From NCBI GenBank assembly GCA_028023455.1, contig JAQFVV010000002.1:18538001-18602000 (forward strand): a DNA stretch of 64,000 nt. The letters are read 5' to 3'. The number at the start of each line of letters is the position of its first letter. The first letter of the stretch is position 1. Position numbers and translations under genes: made by a program. Shown piece after piece: positions 52,561 to 64,000 of the stretch. The notes under the pieces are model-generated. The model searched no databases and had not been told where the DNA came from. It worked only from the letters and a program-made list of their open reading frames with translations. The stretch is from Epiperipatus broadwayi (taxonomy: Eukaryota; Animalia; Onychophora).

Positions 52561-53378
52561 AAGCACAGACTTTCACACGACCCACCACTCTCCACACTTG
52601 AAGACATATGTTGAAAAGATAAATAATCACCAATATACGTATTTCATGCTAAACCAGCAATCATCAGTTGGTCCAGATTACCATTACTACACATATATGC
52701 TATAAGTGTTCAGATATATATTAAGATAACTATCCTCATATTTTAATGGACAGGTTTCAATCTACTCCACACTTCAACCGTCCATCCAATTGAAAATCTG
52801 ATGATGGAATGCTCAAAGGCACTCTGAGGCCGAGATTCTTGTCACACCCATGTTGACCTAAGGTCAATCTGACCCCTCATGTACAGAATATAATCCATTT
52901 AATACATATACAAAGGATGTGCTGACATCTCTACTATGTAATAACTGAAACACACAGGCTTATTATATACCTGTGTCTATATATATATAGGATATAAAAG
53001 CACAGACGTTCACACGTCCCACCACTCTCCACACTATCTCATAACACTGAAACACTTTTAATTGGATGGACGGTTGAAGAGTTGGAGTAGATTGAAATGT
53101 GTCCATTAAAGTATGAGGATTGGCTATCTTAATATACATCTGAGCACTTATAGCATATATGTGTAGAGATGGTAATCTGGACCAACCGATGATTGCTGGT
53201 TTAGCATGAAATACGTATATTGATGATTATTTATCTTTTCATCATATATATGTTTTAAGTGTATCAGTGTTATGAGATAGTGTGGAGAGTGGTGGGTCGT
53301 GTGAAAGTCTGTGCTCATATACCCTATATATTACATATATAGGCATAGGTATATAATAAGCCTGAGTGTTTCAGTTAA
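52561..53378. mobile_element. Family E element: ~1.1 tandem copies of a ~437-nt unit plus a 320 bp inverted arm
   Basis: aagcacagac(t/g)ttcacacg at 52561 and 52998; 53058-53378 is the reverse complement of unit segments 52934-53056 and 52561-52790. Confidence 0.8.
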
Positions 53379-54536
53379 ACCTATCCTCAAAAATATACCT
53401 AATGAATTATCAGCAGTGATAAATCAGTTCTATAGAACTGAATTGACAATTTCTTTCACAATATATAATGTATATAATTTAGTTCTTAAGAAATCTATCA
53501 TTTACAGTAGCACCAGCACTCATTCATTTCGCCCATATAAAGTTCATTTTTACTTTGCGTTTTTAAAAGCAGATTTTTTTTCTTTAATAAATAAAATATT
53601 CTTTTTCATAAAAAAAAAATAAAAATAAGTACACACATATGAATTATTCGAAAATGCTTCACTTATCTTGATAAAAGTTTGTGAACTAAACCATCAAAGG
53701 TATGTGTTCTGATAAATGCCAGATGAAAGCAGTCTGAGGTCTGTTTTCAAGAGATCAAGAAAACCATGTTCTCCTCTATTTACTAATTGCAAAGCCTGCC
53801 AGCTGTACAACTCACAACTCCATTTATTGATTTCTCAATCTCCAACAAGCTTTAATACTTTTTCCCTCTAACTCTTTGATAACTATAAAGCTTTCAAGTA
53901 AATATTCATTCTCTTGGTTCACTCAAACTTAGACTATTTGCAGAGACATTCTGAAGCGTAGTATATTCAGAATTGCATTTTTTATATATAAAAATAGTCA
54001 TTAAATTATATATATATTTGCTTTCGCTAAAAAAAAGTATTTTGTGTTAAAATGTATTTCTCTTTATAAATAAGATACTATCATTTATCACACCGTACTC
54101 GGGAAAATTAAAAAAATTGTCATCTTGTCAGATATGATTCAATTGTACGAAGTTTTGCTCTGCTAATAAGAAGTAAACCACATTTCAATTAATATTATTT
54201 AACCATTCTTATAAATAATACACGCTACCTAGTTGAATACAAATTAAATATATAAATAACGTAATAAAAAATATATAAATAACGTAATGGAAAATCGTTT
54301 TACTAGCAAATGAAAGTTTTGGAAATGCAATTATAATGATACGTAGTATGTTGATCAAGTTCCATTTGACATCCTGATATATGTGGCTCTTTGATATTTT
54401 CCTCATTATTAGATAAATAATATTAGTAGGTGATGGAATTTTCATCTACAATCTCTGCTTAACATAACTTCATACACTACTCCAGAATTATATAATCCAC
54501 TAGGTGTACATATATTTAATATAAGAATGCAATATA

Positions 54537-54632
54537 GTCAAACGTTGGTGGCCTAGCGGTTCATAGCTGCCTTCCAAATAGCTGTCCCGGGTTCGCTTCA
54601 CGGCAACGCATTTGACATATGAAAAAAAAAAA
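54537..54632 (+). mobile_element. tRNA-Gly(TCC)-derived SINE or retropseudogene (short variant)
   Basis: cgttggtggcctagcggttcatagctgccttccaaatagctgtcccgggttcgcttcacggcaacgca resembles tRNA-Gly, TCC at 54573-54575; poly(A); TSD aagaatg(c/t)aatata at 54523-54536 and 54631-54644. Confidence 0.85.
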
Positions 54633-54809
54633 GAATGTAATATATAAGGGATTCGAACTCAGACTTTCACACGAACCTGTCACTTTAAAATAGCAATGTA
54701 TCTTAGTTTTCACGAATAAGCAATCATATTTCTTTTATTTCCTTACATTGTAACACATCTGGTTACTATTATTTTCAAGATCCAATCAGATTCAGAATTT
54801 TCCCTTCAG

Positions 54810-54843
54810 GTAGTCAGTCCATAACCAACCTGTATAATCAATG
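54810..54843 (+). other. Candidate 34-nt exon
   Basis: ttttcccttcag/gtagtc...caatg/gtaagc; only one frame is open. Confidence 0.2.
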
Positions 54844-55532
54844 GTAAGCAAATGTGTACATACCTATTTTTAGCTAGAGGTTAAAGCATGGATGAGAAAT
54901 CGTTTTTCTCTGTGAAGGGCTGTGGGAATCCTTAGCCGAAAAGTGTACTAATTAAAGACTATTTTTTCCCCTTCCTTACCATGGTAGGGAAAAAAAACGA
55001 ACTGTATTGTAATTTGTCAATGAAAGGAAAATAAAAAGGTGATCCTTTTATTATTATGTTTTTTAAAATAAATAAATAAAATAAAAATATCAAATTTGTG
55101 AGATTAAATATACTGTATATATGAGAACAGAATTTTTTTTTTTCAAATTAGCATATATATATGTCAGAAATACAAGTTGTGCCATAATTCATGAAATGGC
55201 CACATAATACCAGCTGTAACATAATCATATTGAAACAATATATTTATGTGCAAATTTCACACTGAAAGAACTAGTTTTTAGTCATCTATTGGAAAGACTG
55301 GATATACGTTTATTATAAAAATAGGCAACAGAAATTCTGAGCTTTGTTTTAACATCCAATTTTGTATGAAAATTAGAAAAAATGTTACTGAACCATTATA
55401 ACTGTTGGAAATGGGATAAAGAAGATGCTATGAAAAAGTTGAGCTTTTAAATAGCATTAACAATTCATAGATATGCAAAACGTGCTGGTGACTGCAGAAA
55501 CAGATAGTCAAAACAACAATGACTGATATTAA

Positions 55533-55751
55533 GATTACATGATCACTATTTCTATGCTTGTTTATAACTGTTATTAAAACAGGCAAAACTCTCCATGCAG
55601 TATTGCCATTCAGTGCAAGCCAGAAACTAGTCTGGGGATATTAGATGAGCAGGCACTAGATAGGGATTTTATGCCCAAGCCTTCTGGCATCCATTGATTA
55701 CTCTGGCTTGCACTGAGTGGCAATACTGTATGGAGAGTTTTGCCTCTTTAC
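55533..55751. mobile_element. Family A copy A9 (arms joined at a 9-nt microhomology inside ribozyme stem II)
   Basis: Left arm ...cagtgcaagccaga runs directly into sense caagccagaaactagtc (55616-55632); tail at left. Confidence 0.9.
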
Positions 55752-55789
55752 ATATTAATATTAACAGAGTGTAAGATGTGATATAATCT

Positions 55790-56592
55790 GACAAACAATT
55801 GTGTGAGATTATTCGCTGAAAAATTACAGGTTAATTGAGAAACTGCATAATTTTAATTGAAGAATTGGCTCATTAGAAAGATTCCATGAAGATTGTATTT
55901 CAGATTTTGATGTTTGCACAGAATCAGTATCACCTTGAAATTGCAACTGATATTTCTTCAAACCCACGCCTGTTTTTGATAGTAATTACAGTTGATGAAA
56001 CTTGATGCTTACAATATGACTCAATAACAAAACATCAGAGCATGCTGTGTATAACAGTTTATTAAAGGATGAATATAACTTTCACCATTTGAGACTATGG
56101 TGATGTATTTCTTAAATCAAAAGTGAACAGTTTGTGAATAATTTATTGAACAGGGGCAAACAGTTAATCAACAATACTATTTAGAGGCATTGAAAAGATT
56201 ATGAGATTCTGTTCAAGGAAAAAGATGTGACCACCCATTATGACAATACCCTAAGTCACACTGTATTTACGGTGACCCTTTCCAGAAAAAAAGTGATTAC
56301 ACAATTAGATCATTCTGAACTAGCCATCAATTTTCTATTATTTCTAACTATTTCCAAAAGTAAAAGCTGCATTGAAGAGATAAAAAGTTTTTACCATAAC
56401 TGATGTCCAAAAAAAAAAAAGTGAGATAAAATACTCAACAATATTCCAGAAAATGAGTTCTAGGTCTGTTTCCAGAAATAGAAATATTGTCTAAGTCAGC
56501 ATATAGATATACAAAGGGAATTATACTTTGAAGGTAAAAGTAGTTACTAGTATAGTTTTGGACATTTATTTTTTAAAAGCACATCCTCATAC
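55790..56592 (+). mobile_element. Decayed Tc1/mariner transposase
   Basis: VITVDET*CLQYDSITKHQS matches the first catalytic motif ITGDETW..YDPETK.QS; right end cacatcctcata. Confidence 0.8.
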
Positions 56593-56663
56593 TTTGTATA
56601 TTTAAAAATAAAACATATCAAATTATTTTTTCTTTGACAAATAACTTTCAATATATGTCTTTT

Positions 56664-57858
56664 ATATATAATTATTAATGGGTGCTTGTCTTATAGATAA
56701 AGACGCCATTCGATGGTGCTGTTTTCACACTAAAACTATAAAATATGAATATTCACGGGCCGTTGATTTTAATCATTTTGATGTGGTTTTTTGTAATGTG
56801 AAAATAAAAACAAAACAAAATAGTCTTTTTTAAATATTATTTTTTATTAATGTAAACAAATTAAATGATAATAATAAATGTAAAATAAAATAAACAAATT
56901 ACAATTTGATTCGTGTTTTTTATTTTGCTTTATTAGAAAAATCAATTTTCTATCAGATATTTTTTTACTGGGGTTACGGCTTTACTGCTATTTTTACTTC
57001 AAATAGAATGACAACAAAAAGTAAAAGTTATTAGGGTTAGGTTTAGGGTTAGTGTTCTGTTGTTTGTAATGCTAAAATAAAAAATATCAAAATTGTATTT
57101 TTGTAAATATTTTTTTTTAGTAACATCTATAAAATAAATGATAACAATAAATGTAAACTATATTCAACAAAGTATAACCGTAATCGGAGAAAAGAAAGAA
57201 AGTAAAACTTTTTTAAACAACAACAAACACACACATATAAAATGTCTTCTTTACTTATTAACCATGTTTATAATATATGCTTTTTATGAAATTTACAAAA
57301 AAAACGTGCATAATTGTACTTTTCTTACTGGATATTTTTGTGTTTCCGCTCTTTTTTACTTCAAAAATATACACACGGTAGAATCTTGTTTGTCTCGTGG
57401 AATGTTACGAACAGTACGTTACTTGATGCGTTACCTAATTCCAACTCACTTTACACATATATCTTGTCAACATTTTCCCAATTAAAACTTCAATACAGTA
57501 CGGTGTAAAAAGTCTGATAATTATTAGTTTACAAAATCTGAACATTTCAATACTTTAAAATAAAAAAAATCCAATGAAAACAACATTTTTATCCAATTCA
57601 AATACACACACCCTCTCACCAAGCCGTAACCATTTTATAAACTGTGCAAATTCGGAAAATGTATTTGCTGCGATGCGACATAATGCTGTACTGTGACGCG
57701 ACATAGCGGCCTGCAATCTGTAGCACAACAAAAAAGTTGTATTATAGAAAATGCGGGTTCGAACATGTCGGCCGCGGAAACGGCATTTTTATGTGTTTTA
57801 GCGTGAAAATGGCGCCATCGAGCGGTGTCTTTAGCTATAAGACGAGAACCTATTAATG
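56664..57858. mobile_element. Non-autonomous TIR element related to 44080-45975
   Basis: attaatgggtgcttgtcttatagataaagacgccattcgatggtgctgttttcacactaaaac is inverted at 57790-57858. Confidence 0.7.
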
Positions 57859-58294
57859 TAAATAAAAACTTAATATATTAAATAAATACTTGAAAAAAAA
57901 TTATTACACAATCTAATATTTAAATTGAAATGAAAAAAAAAGTTCTAAATGAATGTAAACTATCTAGGATTTATATTAAAAATAACAAAATATTTTATTT
58001 TTTTATTATTAAACTGTTAGTAATAATAATCAGTATATACTATAATGTGTTACTTTAATTGAACTTTTGTGACCAATAATATAAAAGCAGAAATAAATTT
58101 CACATTTCAAAAAATGTATTTACAAAGATCAAACAATTTTAATAACTTCAAAAATGGTTAAATTTTCTATTTTTTATTTGTATTTTATAATAATAAAGAT
58201 ATTATTTTATATAACGCTATGTTTTCTATGTAACAGTAATATTAGCGATTAAGCCAATGCACATGCACTTTAAAGATAAATTATAAATGAATAT

Positions 58295-58510
58295 TGACAA
58301 GCAGAGTAGAAAAAATTCAAAGAATATTAAACACTAAGTTCCAATATGTCACTATGAGTTTGGTACACAGTTGGCTAACAGGTTTCTCTGGACATAGTTG
58401 CTGAGAGATTCCTGACTCCATATAAGAAGTCACAGTGCATCACATCACATCATCAAAAGCACTTGGCAAAATAATATTAGTGTTTAATATTCTTTCTACT
58501 CTGATTGTCA
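58295..58510. repeat. Small hairpin element; loop sequence recurs at 61836-61912
   Basis: Arms 58295-58337 and 58477-58510. Confidence 0.7.
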
Positions 58511-60193
58511 CATTTGATACATATACAATAATTTATATTATTTGACAGAGTTATTGTGTTATTTATTTACGATAATAAAATCATATTTTATTCATGTTAT
58601 TATATTTTTATGGAAAATATATTATTTTTATGTCATCCAAAGTTATTGTAAAAATTATATCTTTAACCAAATGCTTTAAAAGTTAATCTGACATATATGG
58701 GAGACAAAATGGTAAAAAATCAATTACATTGTTTTTAAAATTTAATTGTTTTCATTAGGTTTAAATAATGTACTTTTTGTCTTCTGTACAGCATTTGTTT
58801 TTGTTACTTATTTTTGTTTATATCTTTATTTTAATCTATAAAAAACAAAACAAACATAACATTATATTATGTAACTCTATAATTTTCATTCTTTTCTTTA
58901 AATGAATAACGTTATTTATAGAAGAATACTATATTATGCTTTTTCATTATAAATAATCATACATTCTAAAGATTATTAAAAAAAAAACACTTTTTACTGA
59001 AAAAAATTATTATTACTATTATGAATGATGTTTTGACCAAATTTGATTCATTTTCAGAATTAACTATTACTTAAACAATCAGGTCATTATCAAAATCTTA
59101 TAAATTTTCTCACAGATTTGTCAAATTCTCTTTATTTGGGTTCCACGATGACTTATTTATTTAAATAAGTTTATTCTGAAGATTACCAATGAGTATAGTC
59201 AAAATAACAATTATAATCATAATAATATATATTTAAGTGAAAAGAAAACAGTAAAAAAGAATGTTTTCTATAGCTTTCATAATTTTTATTAGTTTTCATA
59301 ATTTTTTAAATATTTCTATCATTAGTAAATAAACTCGTATATCAATATATATTTATTAAAAACTATGGAGTACTATATAGTTGTTCTATTTTTTAATATC
59401 TCAATGTATATATCCAATTTTAAACATAAAATAGACTCATTGTATATGGTTTGTTTTCAGCTAATCTATATTATCTGCTAATGGTATGGAACCAAATATA
59501 GTGAATATGGTGGTCCACTGTATATAAGAATACATAAAATATATTTTATATTTAAATATATGTACACACACATTTTAATAAAATCATGTATTATACAGGT
59601 TTTATTAGCCTATACTTATGTGCACCCACTTGCATATATAAAGTTCACCAACATCTATAGCTTAAAAATCAGTCTTACAAATATCTGCAAAATATTTATT
59701 TTGTAATGAATAACAGAATTACATTAAAGGAATGGTTCTCTACTTATTTAATAATCTAGTTTTTTTAATATCTTTATTATTATTATTATATCAACACTAT
59801 ATTATTTTAGTTTTCTATGAGAGATTTTATAAGAACACATAGTTAAATAATTTGGTGTCAATTGTGTTAGAAAATGTATATTAAGATTTGTCCATTCAAA
59901 AAATTTGAAAAGCCAATACCGAACTAAATATAACGTTTTAAAACAGAAACATTAAATTCTTCTCAATAATAACAAAACAAAGATATTCATTTACTTATAT
60001 TCAACAACAATAAGTATATCACGAATAGATTTTTTTAATACCACATATAAATTAAAATGTATAAGAAAATGCTCAAAGTATTTTTTAAATTTCTTTTAAT
60101 AAAATAATTTTGTAAGTATAAGTATTTGATTTAAACCATTAGAAATAACTGAAAGAATTTGCAAGGATACTCAGATTGCTCATAGATGCTAGA

Positions 60194-60439
60194 TAAATAA
60201 TATAAAAACTCTGTGAGATAATGAAAATTATTGTACACAAATAAAGCATGATAAACAGAGCAGCCAAAATTCAAAAAACATTAATTATAAACAACAATTT
60301 GCCAACCGCTTTCGGTACTGTATACCAGAATCATGGTGACATATTGTGGTATACAGTACTGAAAGCGCTTGGCAAATTGTTGTTTATAATTAATGTTTTT
60401 TGCATTTTGGCTGCTCTGTTTATTCGTGTAGAATAATTT
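60194..60439. mobile_element. Penelope-type hairpin insertion, family D
   Basis: ~95 bp arms (60221-~60329 and ~60349-60443), 27 nt asymmetric tail, 14 bp direct repeat tcatagatgctaga at 60180-60193 and 60440-60453. Confidence 0.8.
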
Positions 60440-60819
60440 TCATAGATGCTAGAAGAGATTTGACATTTTAAAACTAAGAATTCATTATTAACTTATAAAT
60501 AAAAAAAAATTTCACTTTAAATAAATAAAACCACTAAAAATATTTTTGTTTTAAATTCTTCTTAATATATCCAGTTTGCAAAACCAAAAAAAATGAATTT
60601 TCTGAATAAACTATTTATAGTTTACACACGGATATTTATATAAACCGACTTTTATATGCATACATATATAATTATGCTTATGACTTTCTTAAATTTTAAA
60701 AATAAATTTTTGTAATCACGTAAAATTCTGTTCTTCTTATTTTCAAACTATAGGGATATATATATATCTTTATATTTGCATAACATTCTGCAAAACGTAA
60801 AAGTAGGCTTATAACTTTT

Positions 60820-61290
60820 ACAATACCCATGGATCCCAACTGATGTTAAACTCTGGACATCTCTCCCCTATATTTCTAGCATTTTCCAAAAGTATAAATA
60901 AAATTTGTTCAGAATCATATAGAATCAGCACTCGAACCTCACCCATTTTCAACTGTTTGATCAACACTTTCAAGAATAAACTGCTCCCTAAACAAACTCC
61001 CAATATCGTAAACTTGATTCAGCGCAATCAAACTAATTGCAGTACTGTATATTATGGAAAATCCCATACCAGCTTCATAACAAGAGTGTTCCAGCACAAA
61101 TATCTGTACAAAAGGGCCAAAAACAATCCAACTACAAATCCATATCTCTTAAGCACAAAAACTGACTTGGCCATACCTTTGAACCTACTGCAACCAGCAT
61201 TGTATGAATAAAGAAGAATGATACAAAATGTAAAACAAAGGAAGCTTGGAATATTGCTAACAATGCCAATGCTATAAATAAATCCCTGCT
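60820..61290 (+). mobile_element. Penelope-like element GIY-YIG endonuclease relic
   Basis: LPKQTPNIVNLIQRNQTNCSTVYYGKSHTSFITRVFQHK (GIY/YIG halves, R and H), then KTKEAWNIANNANAINK in a shifted frame (conserved E and N). Confidence 0.8.
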
Positions 61291-63163
61291 TCCCCCTTAT
61301 AAAAAGTGGGGTATTTAAAGCATATTTGCATACAATTTACGTAGTACTTATATTACACCATCCACCCACAATTTATTCATTCATTGCTATGATTATAATA
61401 TCATGACAAAGATATTGAAAGCGTGCTAAGCATAATACATTAAGACTGTTTCAGTGTTAAGCTTTTTTTTAGTGTCTCCCAGCACTCAAATGTTAATTAC
61501 AATTACTTAAGAAAAGTAAACAAACAGATTGCAGAATATCAACTTCATTATGTAAACTGTTTTACATTCAAAATTGATTTTCAAAGGCTAAAGATCAGTC
61601 ATAGCCTTTTGGAATGTAGTAGGTGTTGATAATGAAAAGAAATTGATGCAAAACTAGCAGAAGAATTGCACTAAACTGTTAATCAGATTTTTTAAAATAA
61701 AAGCTTTTGCAGTATTAAGTAAAAGCTGTGGTGTTCTTACAGATTTTTACATTTACTATTCTTTTTTTTATTCTTGCAAATAATAAATATTATTATTAAA
61801 CAAAAGTCAATGTAGCAAATTAAACAACAAAGCAAGGTTTTTCTGGGCGTAGTTGCTGAAAGATTCCTACTCCGTATAAGAAGTCACAGTGCATCACATT
61901 ACAATATCAAAAAATATTTATTTATGTTACATATTCATTCCTAATCGTGAATTTTTATTATTATTATTTAAAAATAAAAAAAAATCATTGAGTTTAAAAA
62001 CACACACATGCACAACATAGAATTTTTATTTTTAGATCTAAATATATTTTAATTTTAACATGTATACAATTTAATATTAATATTTATATATCATACAATA
62101 TAGATCCCCCCCCCCCAGAATTGGCCATTAATAAATATAGAAAACGGCATACATATATTTTGAATTTCTTTTACAACAACAAAAATTGTTTAAAGTCAAA
62201 GCTCTTTAAAAATTAAAGAAATAATCCATAAATACATTATAAATAACCCTACTTGCCGGAATTGATCAATGAAATTCATATTACATTAATATATACATTT
62301 TCAATGAAAGGATCAAAACAATTTGAGTTAAATGAAAAATTTTTTCCGTCATAGCAATATAAATAGTATTTTCTTTTAATCAAATTCTAAACTACAGATA
62401 TCTATTGTTATAATTTTTTTGGAATTGATATATATTAAGGAAAGCAATCAATTCCATTAATGTATACAATTCAAAACTAGTATTGTTTTATTTTTTAAAT
62501 AACTTTAAAACGTTGAGTGCTGTTCAAATAAAATAATTTAAACACACATTAAAATATCAATTAAGGCATAATAACAAAAATTCCATATGCATTTTAAGGT
62601 TAAAAAAAATACTAAAATGAGTACACTTTTTTCAATATTTTTTCTAAAGTATTGTTATTTTATCACATGCGAGTGCATTATTTTTCTTTGTACAATTTAA
62701 TTATGCATTAAAAAAAAATCTTTTTATCTAGAAATTTTCAGGCAAATAACTCTACACACGTTTGAAAAGCAAAGTTTGTATATAATCAAAAACTGAAAGA
62801 AAAAAGATTGGACAATAAAAATTAACCACTATTGTTTATAATCCAGAGTAAAGCAATCAGTTAAAAAAAAAGGAAAAAAATATGAGTCACAAATTAAATT
62901 CTATCCAAACCTCTCAATGAAAGATTCAGTCATTAATAAGCGGCTAATTCATGACTGCTAGAAACAAGAAGTCATAAACTGTTAAAAATTAACGAACACA
63001 ATAAAAAGCAAAAATACGTTTTATTAAATATGGACGAAAAAGTGTAAAATTTTTTTTTGTTTTAACAGCATTCTGATTTGACAAAGCTTGATTCTGCACA
63101 AATTTAATAAGATTTATATAAAACTGTTTATACATAAATTTTATACATAAAAATTGTGTTTTG

Positions 63164-63270
63164 TCAAGCGTTGTTAGCCGAGAGGTCATCGCGGCCGCCT
63201 TGCAAGCAAGTAGTTGGTTGCAGACGGTTGTGGGTTCGCGTCCTGGCCAATGCTATGACATATGAAAAAA
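63164..63270 (+). mobile_element. tRNA-derived SINE (long variant)
   Basis: Near-identical to 16271-16384; TSD aaaaa(t/g)tgtgttttg at 63149-63163 and 63269-63283. Confidence 0.85.
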
Positions 63271-64000
63271 AAAGTGTGTTTTGAGCAAATGTATGGAATG
63301 TAAACTTTTAGTTATGCTGTCAAAATCATTGTACATCTCTTCAAAATAAGATGATTGTCTCAAGTAATAGAGATATGACCCACTGAGTACAATGCCAAAA
63401 ATTATAAACAATAGTGTCTAATAAGTTTGTGCATCTGCCTGCTATAATTTGCATTTTAAATTTTACTGTTTCCCCAAAATAATGCCTAATCAGAAAATAA
63501 GCCCTAGCATAATTTTCAGGATATAAGCCCTGACTCAAATAAAAGCTGTAGTTAAGTTTGTCAGCCAGAGGGATAAATTTTGTTCATTCGTTGAAACACA
63601 TGATGTATGTATTGAATTATAAACTAATGAATGTATAAATAAATGCTATTATTTAATGCTTTTAATAAATGATAATATAAATTATATTGGTATTTATATA
63701 TTTTCCTGTTGAACATTTTCAACAAACATTAGTCTACCTTCATAGAGAAATAATTTCCTCTCAGCCAAATCTTGGACTTAAGATAACCCATTTATTAACT
63801 TTATAAATGATTTAGCAAAGTTTTAAAATTTTAGCTATCACAAGTCAGTATATGGAAGAATTTATAATTTCATTTATATACTTTTACGTACTTATTTCAT
63901 TTATATGTAATACTTAGATTTAGAATGCTTGACTTGGTTCATGGTAGCTTTTAAATATCCAGGATAAAGGAAAAATCGGCTTTGTTTCTTAAATGATGGA

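Noticed and set aside
52795-52860. Hammerhead in the family E centre (ctgatga...gccgagattcttgtc)
   Set aside because: GAAA is GAGA, stem III is poor and no stem I can be formed
57030-57055. Interstitial telomere
   Set aside because: Only ~4 imperfect units, inside a TIR element
58380-58450. Twister, pistol or HHR motif in the loop repeat
   Set aside because: Could not assemble the required conserved cores and pseudoknots by eye
820-63538. Most ORFs in the supplied track as genes
   Set aside because: 60-140 aa ORFs with I/F/L/K-rich composition expected by chance in AT-rich DNA, or antisense to TE relics (e.g. 1394-1636, 44105-44524, 57138-57485, 60248-60436)

Overview
AT-rich animal (probably invertebrate/arthropod) intronic or intergenic DNA with no intact long gene. 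Most of it is decayed transposon sequence: hAT, mariner, RTE and Jockey/CR1-type LINEs, a KRBA2/Ginger-like integrase, tRNA-Gly-derived SINEs and a Penelope GIY-YIG endonuclease relic. The main result is a dense population of small, retrozyme-like retroelements carrying a hammerhead ribozyme (HHR). There are 9 copies of family A and 3 of its homologous family B, about 4 kb or roughly 6% of the window, plus further hairpin elements. The ~380-420 nt unit carries a minimal type I HHR (consensus UCCUCA CUGAUGA A-GGC-CACAA-GCC-A GAAAC-UA-GUC/UGGGGA) with covarying stems and a palindromic stem III. Most copies are integrated as a fold-back palindrome with an asymmetric 3' tail and a 7-15 bp target-site duplication (TSD), the geometry known for Penelope-like element (PLE) insertions. 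A possible tRNA-like Pol III head precedes the ribozyme. Secondary results: a probable heavily decayed endogenous negative-strand RNA virus L-polymerase relic in two blocks, and isolated candidate host exons, including a 14-nt microexon. All alignments were done by eye; no searches or folding programs were run.
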